Of a stretch of DNA of 64,000 nucleotides, positions 9,594 to 18,803 are shown in pieces. The stretch covers positions 22,170-86,169 of the forward strand of contig CAYVSA010000001.1 of NCBI GenBank assembly GCA_964454175.1, read 5' to 3'. The DNA is from an uncultured Pseudomonadota bacterium. GTDB taxonomy: Bacteria > BMS3Abin14. Within the stretch, counting starts at the first letter, position 1. The number at the start of each line of letters is the position of its first letter. The translations under genes were made by a program, and so were the position numbers. Below the pieces are notes generated by a model, which worked only from the letters and a program-made list of their open reading frames with translations, was not told where the DNA came from and did no database searches.

Positions 9594-10790
9594 TCAGTTC
9601 AAATTATCTTTTTTCCTCTCTTCGATGTGCCCCCTCACCAGCCACAGTGCTGTGTGGATACCGAAGAATATGAATACCCCGGAGAGCAGGAGCACCATTG
9701 CCAGGTAGAGGTAATAGAGTCCGGGATAATTTTCCTTGTCGTGGTAATCGGCATGCGGAAGGTATTTGACGAAGTTGGCGTTGGCCCCAGGGTGGCAAAC
9801 CCCGCAGGTTTTGACCAGGTTGCCGGGATGGACCATTGATTCATTGTCATCCCTTGGCAGGATGTTGTGAGCTCCGTGGCAGTCTGGACATTGGGCGGCT
9901 TTCGAATACCCCATGCCCGTCACCTGCCCGTGGTAGGTGTTCTTGAAGGTGTCACTCTCCTTTTCGTGACAGCCTGAGCACCGCCTGGTCACTGTAAGCA
10001 TAAAATCCTTGTCCATGGCACGGTCTACCTTGTGAGCACCGTGACAGGAGATACAGGTTGGTGCCTCCTGGCTGCCCTCGGTGAACGCACTGCCATGGAC
10101 ACTGGAATTGTAAACGTTCACTATGCCGGCGTGGCACGAACTGCAGGTGGTATTGATCCTGTTTCTGTGGGTCATTGCCCTCTCATCGTCTGCGGAATAG
10201 ATGTTGTGGCTGCCGTGGCAGTCATTGCATACGGCCGAAAAGATCATGCCGCTCCTGAAAAGAACGATGCCGTGCATGCCCTCCTCGAAATCGGAGCACA
10301 CGTCAGATCTGAGAGCAGGATGTCTTTCGAGGATCTCAGGGCTGTCGTGACAGGTGCAGCATGTTGCCGGCAAGTTCAGCTCATAGGCTCTGGATTGGAC
10401 GTTGCTGGTTGGCAAAATGTCGTGCTTGCCGTGGCAGCTGGAGCAGACCGGCAGGTCCGTCCGGGTCCGCGCATTCCCTGGCGAGTGGTCGCTTACCCTG
10501 AATTTGGCGACCATGTCGTCATGGCAGCGGCCGCAGTCTACAGCTTCCACTTCCTCATCGTGTTCATCTTCAGCGTCTTCCAGTTGAACATGACAGTCTG
10601 TACAGTCCAGGTCCCCGTGTATCGATCGGGAGAAGACATCCTCATCTATAAACAGAGAAAGCTCCTCCCCATCTACTTCTTTTGTGAGTGTGTCATCAGA
10701 ATGACAGTCGAAGCAATCTGAGGTGGTCAGGGCCTGGGCCGGAGCGTAAAGAAGAAGTATGGCCACCGACAGAATAAACGCATATCTCAT
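9594..10790 (-). CDS. Periplasmic 11-heme cytochrome c with a C-terminal TM anchor
   Basis: Signal peptide, 11 CxxCH motifs, C-terminal TM containing His (FFGIHTALW). Confidence 0.92.
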   Translation of the reverse strand: MRYAFILSVAILLLYAPAQALTTSDCFDCHSDDTLTKEVDGEELSLFIDEDVFSRSIHGDLDCTDCHVQLEDAEDEHDEEVEAVDCGRCHDDMVAKFRVSDHSPGNARTRTDLPVCSSCHGKHDILPTSNVQSRAYELNLPATCCTCHDSPEILERHPALRSDVCSDFEEGMHGIVLFRSGMIFSAVCNDCHGSHNIYSADDERAMTHRNRINTTCSSCHAGIVNVYNSSVHGSAFTEGSQEAPTCISCHGAHKVDRAMDKDFMLTVTRRCSGCHEKESDTFKNTYHGQVTGMGYSKAAQCPDCHGAHNILPRDDNESMVHPGNLVKTCGVCHPGANANFVKYLPHADYHDKENYPGLYYLYLAMVLLLSGVFIFFGIHTALWLVRGHIEERKKDNLN

Positions 10791-10872
10791 TTTGCCCCCC
10801 TTCAGAACTTGATCGCGCTGGGCGCCGGATCGCTTGATAAAGTGTTAACTTTCACAAGTTCAAGCGAAACAA

Positions 10873-10900
10873 AAGGGGAGGGTGTTGTGCTCCTCCCCTT
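10873..10900 (-). terminator. Rho-independent terminator after atpE
   Basis: Stem AAGGGGAGG / CCTCCCCTT followed by TTGTTT on the minus strand. Confidence 0.75.
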
Positions 10901-10905
10901 GGGGT

Positions 10906-11250
10906 CTACAGTTTAAACAGGAGCATCAGGGAAATAACCAGAGAGTAGATAACCAGTGACTCGATGAGAGCCAGACCGATGATCATGGTCGTCATAATCT
11001 TTCCTGAAGCACCGGGGTTCCTGGCAATACCCTCCATGGCTCCCCTGATAGCGATGCCCTGACCAATACCGCCGCCTAAAGCAGCGATGCTGACACAAAG
11101 AGCAGAGCCAAGCGCTAAGGCGAAGCCAATATTTCCGGGTTGAACGTCAACTCCAGCTGCCTGCGCTCCTTCCTCAGCTGCAAGGGCGAGCGGCGCCAAA
11201 GCTAGCACAACGATGGCCGCCAGAAGTGATATGGCGATCTTCTTCTTCAT
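10906..11250 (-). CDS. atpE: ATP synthase Fo subunit c with an N-terminal leader
   Basis: GGGIGQG, ARNP loop, LIESLVIY; RBS AGGAG before ATG 11250. Confidence 0.95.
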   Translation of the reverse strand: MKKKIAISLLAAIVVLALAPLALAAEEGAQAAGVDVQPGNIGFALALGSALCVSIAALGGGIGQGIAIRGAMEGIARNPGASGKIMTTMIIGLALIESLVIYSLVISLMLLFKL

Positions 11251-11311
11251 GGATGCACTCCTCCTTTCCAAGATTCTATTCATATATATCAATCAGCATA
11301 AAAAGGCCAGC

Positions 11312-12025
11312 TTAATGAGCCTCCTCCAGTGCTCCAGTGATGTAAATGATAGAGAGAAGAGTAAATACGAAAGCCTGGATAAGGGCAACGAATATGCCTA
11401 GACCCATAAAAATTACGGGTATGAAAAGAGGCACAAGGCTGACAAAGATAGCAAGGAGCAGATGGTCTCCGAACATGTTGCCGAAAAGGCGGAATGAAAG
11501 GCTCACGATCCTTGCAAAATGTCCGATGAGCTCAACGATTATCATGAGAGGGGCCAGCCACAGGACCGGGCCCATAAAGTGCTTAATGTAGCTTGCCCCG
11601 TGGGTTTTAATTCCCACATAGTGGGTGGATAAAAAGATCACCAGAGCACAGGCAATGTTGGTATTCAGGTTGCTGGTGGGCGGTTCGAAGCCCGGGATGG
11701 TTCCCAGTAGATTTGAAAAGAGGATGAAAAAGGCTGTTGTCCCGATGAGGGGCAGGAAACGTCTTGCGTTTTCACCCATGAGTTGTTCCATGAAATCAAG
11801 GAGCAGCTTGACCCCCAGTTCCAGGAGGTTCGGTATGCTGAAGGTGCGGCCCTCAGGCATTACCCTGCCGCTTTTAAGTGAGCGATTAATTAGAATTGCT
11901 GCTCCTATGAGCAACAGGGAGACCAGGGCTGCGTGCATCACGGGCGCGGCATCAAGGCCCTCGATCTTCTCCAGGGCGTGTGCAATGGGTGTGTGTTCCA
12001 GATATATGAAAGATTCAGCTACCAT
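11312..12025 (-). CDS. atpB: ATP synthase Fo subunit a
   Basis: PPTSNLN, SLSFRLFGNM and IQAFVFTLLSIIYI motifs. Confidence 0.96.
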   Translation of the reverse strand: MVAESFIYLEHTPIAHALEKIEGLDAAPVMHAALVSLLLIGAAILINRSLKSGRVMPEGRTFSIPNLLELGVKLLLDFMEQLMGENARRFLPLIGTTAFFILFSNLLGTIPGFEPPTSNLNTNIACALVIFLSTHYVGIKTHGASYIKHFMGPVLWLAPLMIIVELIGHFARIVSLSFRLFGNMFGDHLLLAIFVSLVPLFIPVIFMGLGIFVALIQAFVFTLLSIIYITGALEEAH

Positions 12026-12413
12026 CAGTGCTCCCGTTTTTCTTTTTGTTCCCCGGGAAGATCAGAAAGTCAGCAATCAGGCCTGCCGGCAGGACCAGAA
12101 GTCCGATTACCAGACCCAGGTATGAACCAATTTTCCAGTGCATGAATCCAGCTATAATACCTGCAGTAAGGGCAAGTTTGGTTAGGTAGATCAACCCGTA
12201 AACCGCTCTTGCCAGAACCCCACCGGTAAAAAATGAGCCTACGACCTTCTCTGTGCCAAGAAGGTTCAAGATGATCAGGAAACCGCCCGCCATGACACCC
12301 TTGGTATATGGCGGTTTTCCCAGTATGAGAAAAAACAGTGCGGCTCCAAGCGTCAGTACCACGACCCAGAACTTGAGCCGCCTGAGCCTTCCACCGTCAG
12401 GGTGGGAATTCAA
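12015..12413 (-). CDS. atpI: ATP synthase protein I
   Basis: Four-TM protein between atpZ and atpB; TTG start overlaps the upstream stop. Confidence 0.75.
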   Translation of the reverse strand: MNSHPDGGRLRRLKFWVVVLTLGAALFFLILGKPPYTKGVMAGGFLIILNLLGTEKVVGSFFTGGVLARAVYGLIYLTKLALTAGIIAGFMHWKIGSYLGLVIGLLVLPAGLIADFLIFPGNKKKNGSTDGS

Positions 12414-12643
12414 TCTTTCGCTTCTTCCTCTTCTTCGAACACTGAGCCGCGAACGGCTTTTATGAGAGCCCGCCCCGCGGCAACGAAACCTAAGATCATG
12501 AAGAGCAGAGTCAGCCAGGGATCAGTGCCCAGCTTACGGTCCAGAAACATTCCAATAAGGAGGCCTATAACGACTGCCGCCCCCATTTCCAGACCCAGGC
12601 TGCTGTACTTTAAAAGATCGTAGAACGCCCGACCCTTGGCCAT
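12410..12643 (-). CDS. atpZ: AtpZ/AtpI family small membrane protein
   Basis: SLGLEMG..VIG..IG.FLDRKLGTDPW...GF.A motif; ATG at 12643. Confidence 0.85.
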   Translation of the reverse strand: MAKGRAFYDLLKYSSLGLEMGAAVVIGLLIGMFLDRKLGTDPWLTLLFMILGFVAAGRALIKAVRGSVFEEEEEAKD

Positions 12644-12697
12644 TCGCTCTTCTCCTGCCGGGTCCGGATAATAAACCCTCCCGGGAACACCGCCGAA

Positions 12698-12726
12698 AAG
12701 ATACAGAGTGACCAAGTGATTGTCAA
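12698..12726 (-). promoter_or_regulatory. Sigma70-type promoter of the atpZIBE operon
   Basis: TTGACA-17 nt-TATCTT on the minus strand, about 55 nt upstream of atpZ. Confidence 0.65.
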
Positions 12727-12820
12727 GCAATATGGGGTTACTGACGACCATTTGCAGAGCTTAAACACTCTGGAATCAGCGTGTTTTCAAACGATATAAA
12801 TTAACGGTCCAGATCACTGA

Positions 12821-14104
12821 TTATAGCATGACCTTTTCAATAGCCTTTTCATGCGCTTCTGCAGTTCTCGCAATATCCTCTTCAGTATGCGCCAGGGACA
12901 CGAAGGCCGCCTCGAACTGTGACGGGGCAAGATAAACACCCTCAGAGATCATCGCCATGAAATAGGATCCAAATATCCGGGTATCAGATGCCTTTGCGCC
13001 CGCGAAATCTGTAACGGGTCCCGGGTTGAAAAACGTTGTGAACATGGATCCAACCCTGTTGAAGGCGAGCTTGGCCCCGAGCTTTTTGTTGACGGCGGCC
13101 AAGGCCATGGCCAGATCAGATGCCATTTTCTCCAGGGATTCGTAAGTGCCGGGCCGTTCGAGAATCTCCAGGGTGGCTACTCCTGCTGCCATGGCAAGAG
13201 GGTTCCCGGAAAGGGTGCCGGCCTGGTAAATGGGCCCTTCCGGTGCCATTTGCGACATGAACCTGGCTTTGCCGCCATAGGCTCCAACGGGAAGGCCTCC
13301 CCCAATGATCTTGCCCAGAGTGGTGAGGTCCGGATCGATGCCGTAAAGCTCCTGGACGCCCCCAAGGGCGACCCTGAACCCGGTCATTACCTCGTCGAAG
13401 ATGAGCAGGGCCCCCTCGCGGCTGGTTATCTCCCGAAGACCTTCCAGAAAACCTTTTCCGGGAACCATCACGCCCATGTTGCCGGGTACGGGTTCAACGA
13501 TCACCGCAGCTATCTGTTCGGGGTTCTGTTCGAAAAGAGCCTCTACCGATCCCAGGTCGTTGTACTCTGCTATGAGTGTGTTCTTTGCGTAATCTTCGGG
13601 TACGCCCGGGCTGTCGGGTACGCCGAGGGTGAGGGCGCCGGAGCCGGCCCTGACCAGGAGGCCGTCTGCGTGGCCGTGGTAGCATCCGTTGAACTTGATT
13701 ATTCTGTCCCTGCCTGTTGCCCCCCTTGCAAGCCTTATAGCGCTCATAGTGGCCTCGGTGCCGGAGTTGACCATCCTGACCATCTCCATGGAAGGAACCG
13801 CGGCTATGACTTTACCGGCAAGGGTCAGCTCCATCTCGGTCGGGGCGCCGTAGCTCGTTCCCCTCCCTGCGGCTTCAATCACTGCGGAGATGACCTCCCC
13901 ATTGGCATGTCCCACTATCATTGGTCCCCAGGACCCCACGTAGTCGATATAGGTGTTGCCGTCAACATCCTCGATCTTTGATCCATGCGCCCTGGCAATG
14001 AACAGAGGATTGCCCCCTACAGAGCGAAAAGCCCTGACAGGACTGTTCACTCCACCGGGAATGAGTTTGATGGATTTAGAAAAAAGGTCTGATGATCTGG
14101 TCAT
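12821..14104 (-). CDS. hemL: Glutamate-1-semialdehyde 2,1-aminomutase
   Basis: [35 protein letters not shown] lysine in [17 protein letters not shown]. Confidence 0.98.
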   Translation of the reverse strand: MTRSSDLFSKSIKLIPGGVNSPVRAFRSVGGNPLFIARAHGSKIEDVDGNTYIDYVGSWGPMIVGHANGEVISAVIEAAGRGTSYGAPTEMELTLAGKVIAAVPSMEMVRMVNSGTEATMSAIRLARGATGRDRIIKFNGCYHGHADGLLVRAGSGALTLGVPDSPGVPEDYAKNTLIAEYNDLGSVEALFEQNPEQIAAVIVEPVPGNMGVMVPGKGFLEGLREITSREGALLIFDEVMTGFRVALGGVQELYGIDPDLTTLGKIIGGGLPVGAYGGKARFMSQMAPEGPIYQAGTLSGNPLAMAAGVATLEILERPGTYESLEKMASDLAMALAAVNKKLGAKLAFNRVGSMFTTFFNPGPVTDFAGAKASDTRIFGSYFMAMISEGVYLAPSQFEAAFVSLAHTEEDIARTAEAHEKAIEKVML

Positions 14105-14150
14105 GAAGCGGCTCCTTTAATAAAAAAACCCTTTAAAATTAATGGTTTTC

Positions 14151-14179
14151 CATCTAGCATAGAGCAGTTTGACTGTCAA
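14151..14179 (-). promoter_or_regulatory. Sigma70-type promoter of hemL
   Basis: TTGACA-17 nt-TAGATG with an extended TG on the minus strand. Confidence 0.55.
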
Positions 14180-14236
14180 GTACCAAGTGTTATTTGCTCC
14201 CGGGTACGCAATATTGGTGAAGAAATTCTCTTTTCA

Positions 14237-14266
14237 TTGACATGTCAGGTGATTTTCGTGTATAGA
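14237..14266 (+). promoter_or_regulatory. Sigma70-type promoter of the nuo operon
   Basis: TTGACA (14237-14242), 18 nt spacer, TATAGA (14261-14266). Confidence 0.5.
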
Positions 14267-14406
14267 CTTGCATCTGAATAAGTACTGCCTGCATACATTA
14301 TACTGAATACATTAGAGTTTTTGAGTAGCCTGGCTGTACAGTCCGGTTGAACTGGGGGGGCGGCATCCATGGTTGACGCGGCCTCCACGAGGGATTGGCT
14401 CGAGCG

Positions 14407-14781
14407 ATGCAAGAAGATCTAATTCTTGGTTACCTGCCCATATTCATTTTCCTGATAATTGTCGCGGGCATGGGGTCCATGATGATCATGGTCTCGGCGA
14501 TAATTGGAAGGAAAAACCCCTCAAAAGAAAAGCTATCCACCTACGAATGCGGAATGACTCCGACTAAGGACGCTCGCAGAAGACTGGACATCCGCTTTTA
14601 CCTGATCGCCATGCTATTTATCCTTTTCGATATCGAGGTAGTCTTCCTATATCCATGGGCTATCCTCTTTGACCGATTTGACCCCATCGTCTTCGGGTTC
14701 ATCGAGATGGTAATGTTTATCATCGTCCTGCTCTTCGGGTACATCTATGTGTGGAGGAAGGGTGCGCTTAACTGGTCATGA
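14407..14781 (+). CDS. nuoA: NADH-quinone oxidoreductase subunit A
   Basis: [30 protein letters not shown] and WRKGALNW. Confidence 0.96.
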   Translation: MQEDLILGYLPIFIFLIIVAGMGSMMIMVSAIIGRKNPSKEKLSTYECGMTPTKDARRRLDIRFYLIAMLFILFDIEVVFLYPWAILFDRFDPIVFGFIEMVMFIIVLLFGYIYVWRKGALNWS

Positions 14782-15329
14782 AGAAGAATCGCAGCAGTTT
14801 TTCCAGAGGTCCGTTACCCACAGAAGATAATATCCTCCTGACTACAGTCAGCGCGGTGATGAACTGGGCTCAGCGCTCGTCCGTCTGGCCGCTTCAGTTC
14901 GGCCTGGCTTGCTGTGCCATCGAGATGATAGCCGTGGGATGCGCAAGATACGATATTGCAAGGTTCGGCGCAGAGGTTTTCAGGGCCTCCCCCAGGCAGG
15001 CCGACCTGATGATAGTTGCCGGCACTGTAACCAACAAGATGGCGCCCGTTGTAAAAAAGCTCTACGATCAGATGTCCGAGCCCAAGTGGGTGCTGGCCAT
15101 GGGAAGCTGCGCTACCTGCGGTGGTATCTTTCAGACCTACAGCGTGGTACCCGGTGTTAACCGTATCATACCGGTAGACGTTTACGTTCCTGGGTGCCCC
15201 CCAAGGCCCGAGGCCCTGCTCCACGGCCTTATGACCCTTCAGAACAAGATCGACAGCCAGGTCCATTTCCGCGCTGCGCCGCTGGATCTCAAGCCGGGTT
15301 TCAGGGGCCCCGGAATAAAGGATGACTGA
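14778..15329 (+). CDS. nuoB: NADH-quinone oxidoreductase subunit B
   Basis: [17 protein letters not shown] and [12 protein letters not shown]. Confidence 0.97.
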   Translation: MKKNRSSFSRGPLPTEDNILLTTVSAVMNWAQRSSVWPLQFGLACCAIEMIAVGCARYDIARFGAEVFRASPRQADLMIVAGTVTNKMAPVVKKLYDQMSEPKWVLAMGSCATCGGIFQTYSVVPGVNRIIPVDVYVPGCPPRPEALLHGLMTLQNKIDSQVHFRAAPLDLKPGFRGPGIKDD

Positions 15330-15332
15330 GAG

Positions 15333-15839
15333 ATGACTGTAGGTTGGAATAGACAGAATTTCTCAGGGGACAGCCCCGGAGAACACCCCGCTGTAAAGGC
15401 CATCGAAGAGAATTTCCCCGCGGCATTCATTGAGTCCGGATCCTTCAGGGGTGAAGTGTGGGCGGTAGTAAAACCTGAAAAATGCAGAGCTGTCCTGCAC
15501 TTCCTGGCAGAGGAGCCATCGCTCTCCTTTAATTACCTGTCCGACCTGACGGCCGTACACGAACCCCGCAAAGACGAACAATTCGAAATAGTATACCAGG
15601 TGTATTCCCTGTCAAGGCACTCCCGCTTCAGGGTCAAAACAAGGCTCGAAGAGGGCATGGAGGCCGACAGCGTTGTCTCCATCTGGCAGGGCGCTAACTG
15701 GCTCGAGAGGGAAGTTTACGATAATTTCGGTGTAGTTTTTTCCGGTCATCCCGACCTGAGGAGGATCATGAATCCTGAAGGTTTCGACGGCCACCCTCTG
15801 AGGAAAGATTTTCCCGTCGGCGGACGGGTGAAATGGTGA
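15333..15839 (+). CDS. nuoC: NADH-quinone oxidoreductase subunit C
   Basis: ANWLEREVYD.FG..F.GHPDLRRI and GHPLRKDFP. Confidence 0.96.
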   Translation: MTVGWNRQNFSGDSPGEHPAVKAIEENFPAAFIESGSFRGEVWAVVKPEKCRAVLHFLAEEPSLSFNYLSDLTAVHEPRKDEQFEIVYQVYSLSRHSRFRVKTRLEEGMEADSVVSIWQGANWLEREVYDNFGVVFSGHPDLRRIMNPEGFDGHPLRKDFPVGGRVKW

Positions 15840-15848
15840 GGTAGGATC

Positions 15849-17021
15849 TTGGCAAGACAGGAGATAATGACCATTAATATGGGTCCCCACCACCCCTCGA
15901 CCCACGGGGTGCTCAGGGTGATCCTTGAGCTGGACGGTGAGACGGTGATAAATGCCGTGCCGGATATCGGCTATCTCCACCGGGGCATAGAAAAACTCGC
16001 CGAGCACAAGAAATACATCCAGGTCCTGCCGCTCACCGACAGGCTGGATTACCTCGCTTCTGGTACGAACAACCTCGCCTATATCCTGGCAGTGGAAAAG
16101 CTGCTGGGTCTCGAAGCCCCCAGACGGGCCAGGTACATCAGAACCATATTCGCCGAGCTGACGAGGATCGGGAGCCATCTTCTCTGGCTGGGTACTCACG
16201 CCGCCGACATCGGAGCCATGACTGTGCTCCTTTACGGCATGAGAGAGCGGGAGGACGTCCTGGACATCATCGAGGAAACAGCGGGTACACGCCTCATGAT
16301 GACGTACTTCAGGCCAGGCGGAGTCGTGAGGGATCTCCCTCCCGGCTTTGACAAGAAGATAAAGAGCTTCCTGAAAACATTCCCCGCAAGGATCGACGAA
16401 TATGAAAGGCTTCTGACGAAGAACAGGATATGGCTCCAGAGGACTGTGGGCATCGGTACGATAAGCCGGGATGAAGCCGTATCCCTGGGGCTTTCGGGTC
16501 CGGCTCTGCGCGGTTCGGGAGTGGACTGGGATATCAGGCGTGACGAGCCTTACGAGGCCTATGATGAGATCGAGTTCGACGTCCCCGTTTATGAGGGCGG
16601 CGATGTCTATTCCAGGTATCTGGCCAGAATAGGTGAACTCAGGCAGAGCGTGCGAATGCTTCTTCAACTCGTGGAAGGCCTGCCCGAAGGGCCATATATC
16701 GAAAGGACCGCCAAGTACGTACTCCCTGCCAAAGAAAGGCTGGACAGCTCCATGGAGGCCATGATCCACCACTTCAAGCTCGTTGTTGAGGGTATGACCC
16801 CCCCTGTGGGCGAAGTGTACTCCACAATAGAATCTCCCAAGGGTGAGATCGGGTTCTACATCGTGAGCGATGGCAAGCCGCATCCGTACAGGCTCAGGAT
16901 CAGGCCGCCGTCTTTCGTAAACCTCCAGTCCCTGTTAACCATGGCAAAGGGGAACATGATTGCTGATGTTGTAGCAATTATCGGAAGTCTTGACATAGTT
17001 CTTGGGGAAATTGATCGGTAG
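15849..17021 (+). CDS. nuoD: NADH-quinone oxidoreductase subunit D
   Basis: NMGPHHPSTHGVLR, GYLHRGIEK and GSLDIVLGEIDR. Confidence 0.97.
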   Translation: MARQEIMTINMGPHHPSTHGVLRVILELDGETVINAVPDIGYLHRGIEKLAEHKKYIQVLPLTDRLDYLASGTNNLAYILAVEKLLGLEAPRRARYIRTIFAELTRIGSHLLWLGTHAADIGAMTVLLYGMREREDVLDIIEETAGTRLMMTYFRPGGVVRDLPPGFDKKIKSFLKTFPARIDEYERLLTKNRIWLQRTVGIGTISRDEAVSLGLSGPALRGSGVDWDIRRDEPYEAYDEIEFDVPVYEGGDVYSRYLARIGELRQSVRMLLQLVEGLPEGPYIERTAKYVLPAKERLDSSMEAMIHHFKLVVEGMTPPVGEVYSTIESPKGEIGFYIVSDGKPHPYRLRIRPPSFVNLQSLLTMAKGNMIADVVAIIGSLDIVLGEIDR

Positions 17022-17023
17022 CG

Positions 17024-17506
17024 ATGATGAAACTGTTCGATTCGGAAGAAACAAAAGAGATGGAGGGCATAGCATTACGCTATGCGGCTCCTGCATCCGC
17101 GATAATGCCGCTCCTGCACTTTGTACAGGAAAGGAAGGGCTATCTGGCCGAGGAGTACCTGGTCTTTATCGCCGATTTTCTGGAGATCCCCCACGTCAGG
17201 GCCTTCGAGGTGGCAACCTACTACACCATGTACTTCACTAAACCCGTAGGCAGGCACCTCATTCAAGTCTGCAGAAATCTGAGCTGCTCTGTAAACGGTG
17301 CGCCCGAAGTTATTGCATCTCTCAGGGAGACCCTGGGTGTTGGCATCGGTGAGACCACTTCCGACGGCATGTTCACGATCGTGGAAGTTGAGTGCATCGG
17401 CGCCTGCGACAAGGCGCCAGCCATGATGGTCGACGACAAACTCTTCGAGATGGTCAGCCCTGAAACCCTGGGGATGATACTGGATTCATACAGGAAGACC
17501 GCGTGA
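17024..17506 (+). CDS. nuoE: NADH-quinone oxidoreductase subunit E (copy 1)
   Basis: [2Fe-2S] ligands CRNLSC...CIGAC. Confidence 0.93.
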   Translation: MMKLFDSEETKEMEGIALRYAAPASAIMPLLHFVQERKGYLAEEYLVFIADFLEIPHVRAFEVATYYTMYFTKPVGRHLIQVCRNLSCSVNGAPEVIASLRETLGVGIGETTSDGMFTIVEVECIGACDKAPAMMVDDKLFEMVSPETLGMILDSYRKTA

Positions 17507-17507
17507 A

Positions 17508-18803
17508 ATGACTAAGATCCTGACCCGAAACATAGACCGGCCCAACCCGGCGAATATTGACTCGTACCTCTACAACGAGGGTTACCAGGCGCTTCCCATG
17601 GCACTGAATGATATGATGCCTGAAGATGTGATCGATGAGGTAAAGGCCTCCCGCATCAGGGGCCGCGGCGGTGCCGGGTTCCCGGCAGGCATGAAGTGGG
17701 ATTTTGCCTCCAGGGACCCAAGGGGGCCCAAGAACATTATTGCCAACGCCGATGAGGGTGAGCCCGGGACGTTCAAGGACAGGGTGCTCATCGAAAAAGA
17801 TCCCCACGCTCTCCTGGAGGGCATGGCCATAGCGGGCTACGCTGTCGGCGCTGAGTTGGGATTTGTCTACATACGGGGGGAATACCCGGAAGGCGCCAGA
17901 ATACTTGAAAAGGCCATCGCTGATGCAGAGGCCAGGTCGTTCCTTGGCAAAAACATCCTGAACTCGGGGTTCGATTTCACCATAACAGTTCACAGGGGTG
18001 CAGGTGCCTACATCTGTGGGGAGGAAACCGCCCTTATCGAGTCACTGGAGGGCAAGAGAGGCCAATCAAGGATCCGGCCGCCTTTCCCGGTGAACGTCGG
18101 CTACATGAATCTGCCAACAGTAGTTAACAACGTTGAGACCCTTGCTAATATCCCTCAGATCATTCTCAGGGGCGGTGAGTGGTATGCCGGGTTCGGAACC
18201 CGGGAGTGTACAGGCACCAAGCTCTACTCGATAAGCGGTAAGGTGGCCAGGCCCGGGGTATACGAATTGCCCATGGGGACCACACTCAGAGATCTGATAT
18301 TCGAGCACTGCGGCGGGATGAAGGACGGCAGGAGCTTCAAGGCCGCATTCCCGGGCGGTGCTTCCAGCGCCTGTCTTGACGAGACCGGGCTCGATGTCCA
18401 GCTGGACTTCAACTCCCTCGCGGCAGCTGGCAGTATGCTGGGTTCAGGGGCCGTCATGGTCCTCGATGATTCGGACGATATGGTCAAGGCTGTTCATGTC
18501 CTCATCAAGTTTTTCGAGCACGAGTCGTGCGGTAAATGCACTCCCTGCAGGGAGGGGCTGTTCTGGATAAGGCAGATATTGGACAGGATCCTCGCAGGGG
18601 GAGGGACCGAGAGCGACCTGGAACTTCTTCTGAACATAAGCGAAAATATTGCGTCCACTTCATTTTGCGGCCTTGGAGAAGCTTCGGTAAGCGCTCTGGT
18701 CAGCACTATTAAAAAGTTCAGGAGCGAATTTCTGGCTTACATAAACTCTCCTGAGGAAAAAGCCGAAGAAACATCGGCATCGGGGCAGGAGCAGGCATCG
18801 TGA
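17508..18803 (+). CDS. nuoF: NADH-quinone oxidoreductase subunit F (copy 1, canonical type)
   Basis: GRGGAGFP, ADEGEPGTFKDR, GAYICGEETAL and ESCGKCTPCREG. Confidence 0.95.
   Translation: MTKILTRNIDRPNPANIDSYLYNEGYQALPMALNDMMPEDVIDEVKASRIRGRGGAGFPAGMKWDFASRDPRGPKNIIANADEGEPGTFKDRVLIEKDPHALLEGMAIAGYAVGAELGFVYIRGEYPEGARILEKAIADAEARSFLGKNILNSGFDFTITVHRGAGAYICGEETALIESLEGKRGQSRIRPPFPVNVGYMNLPTVVNNVETLANIPQIILRGGEWYAGFGTRECTGTKLYSISGKVARPGVYELPMGTTLRDLIFEHCGGMKDGRSFKAAFPGGASSACLDETGLDVQLDFNSLAAAGSMLGSGAVMVLDDSDDMVKAVHVLIKFFEHESCGKCTPCREGLFWIRQILDRILAGGGTESDLELLLNISENIASTSFCGLGEASVSALVSTIKKFRSEFLAYINSPEEKAEETSASGQEQAS

Noticed and set aside
9574-9596. Frameshifted or broken CbcL fusion (pseudogene)
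   Set aside because: The downstream gene has its own GGAGG RBS and ATG, consistent with a genuine two-gene arrangement
15612-16883. Long antisense ORFs (423 aa here; also 20201-21064, 24416-25135, 13250-13981, 61024-61875)
   Set aside because: They are shadows of well-conserved genes on the opposite strand and show no recognisable motifs
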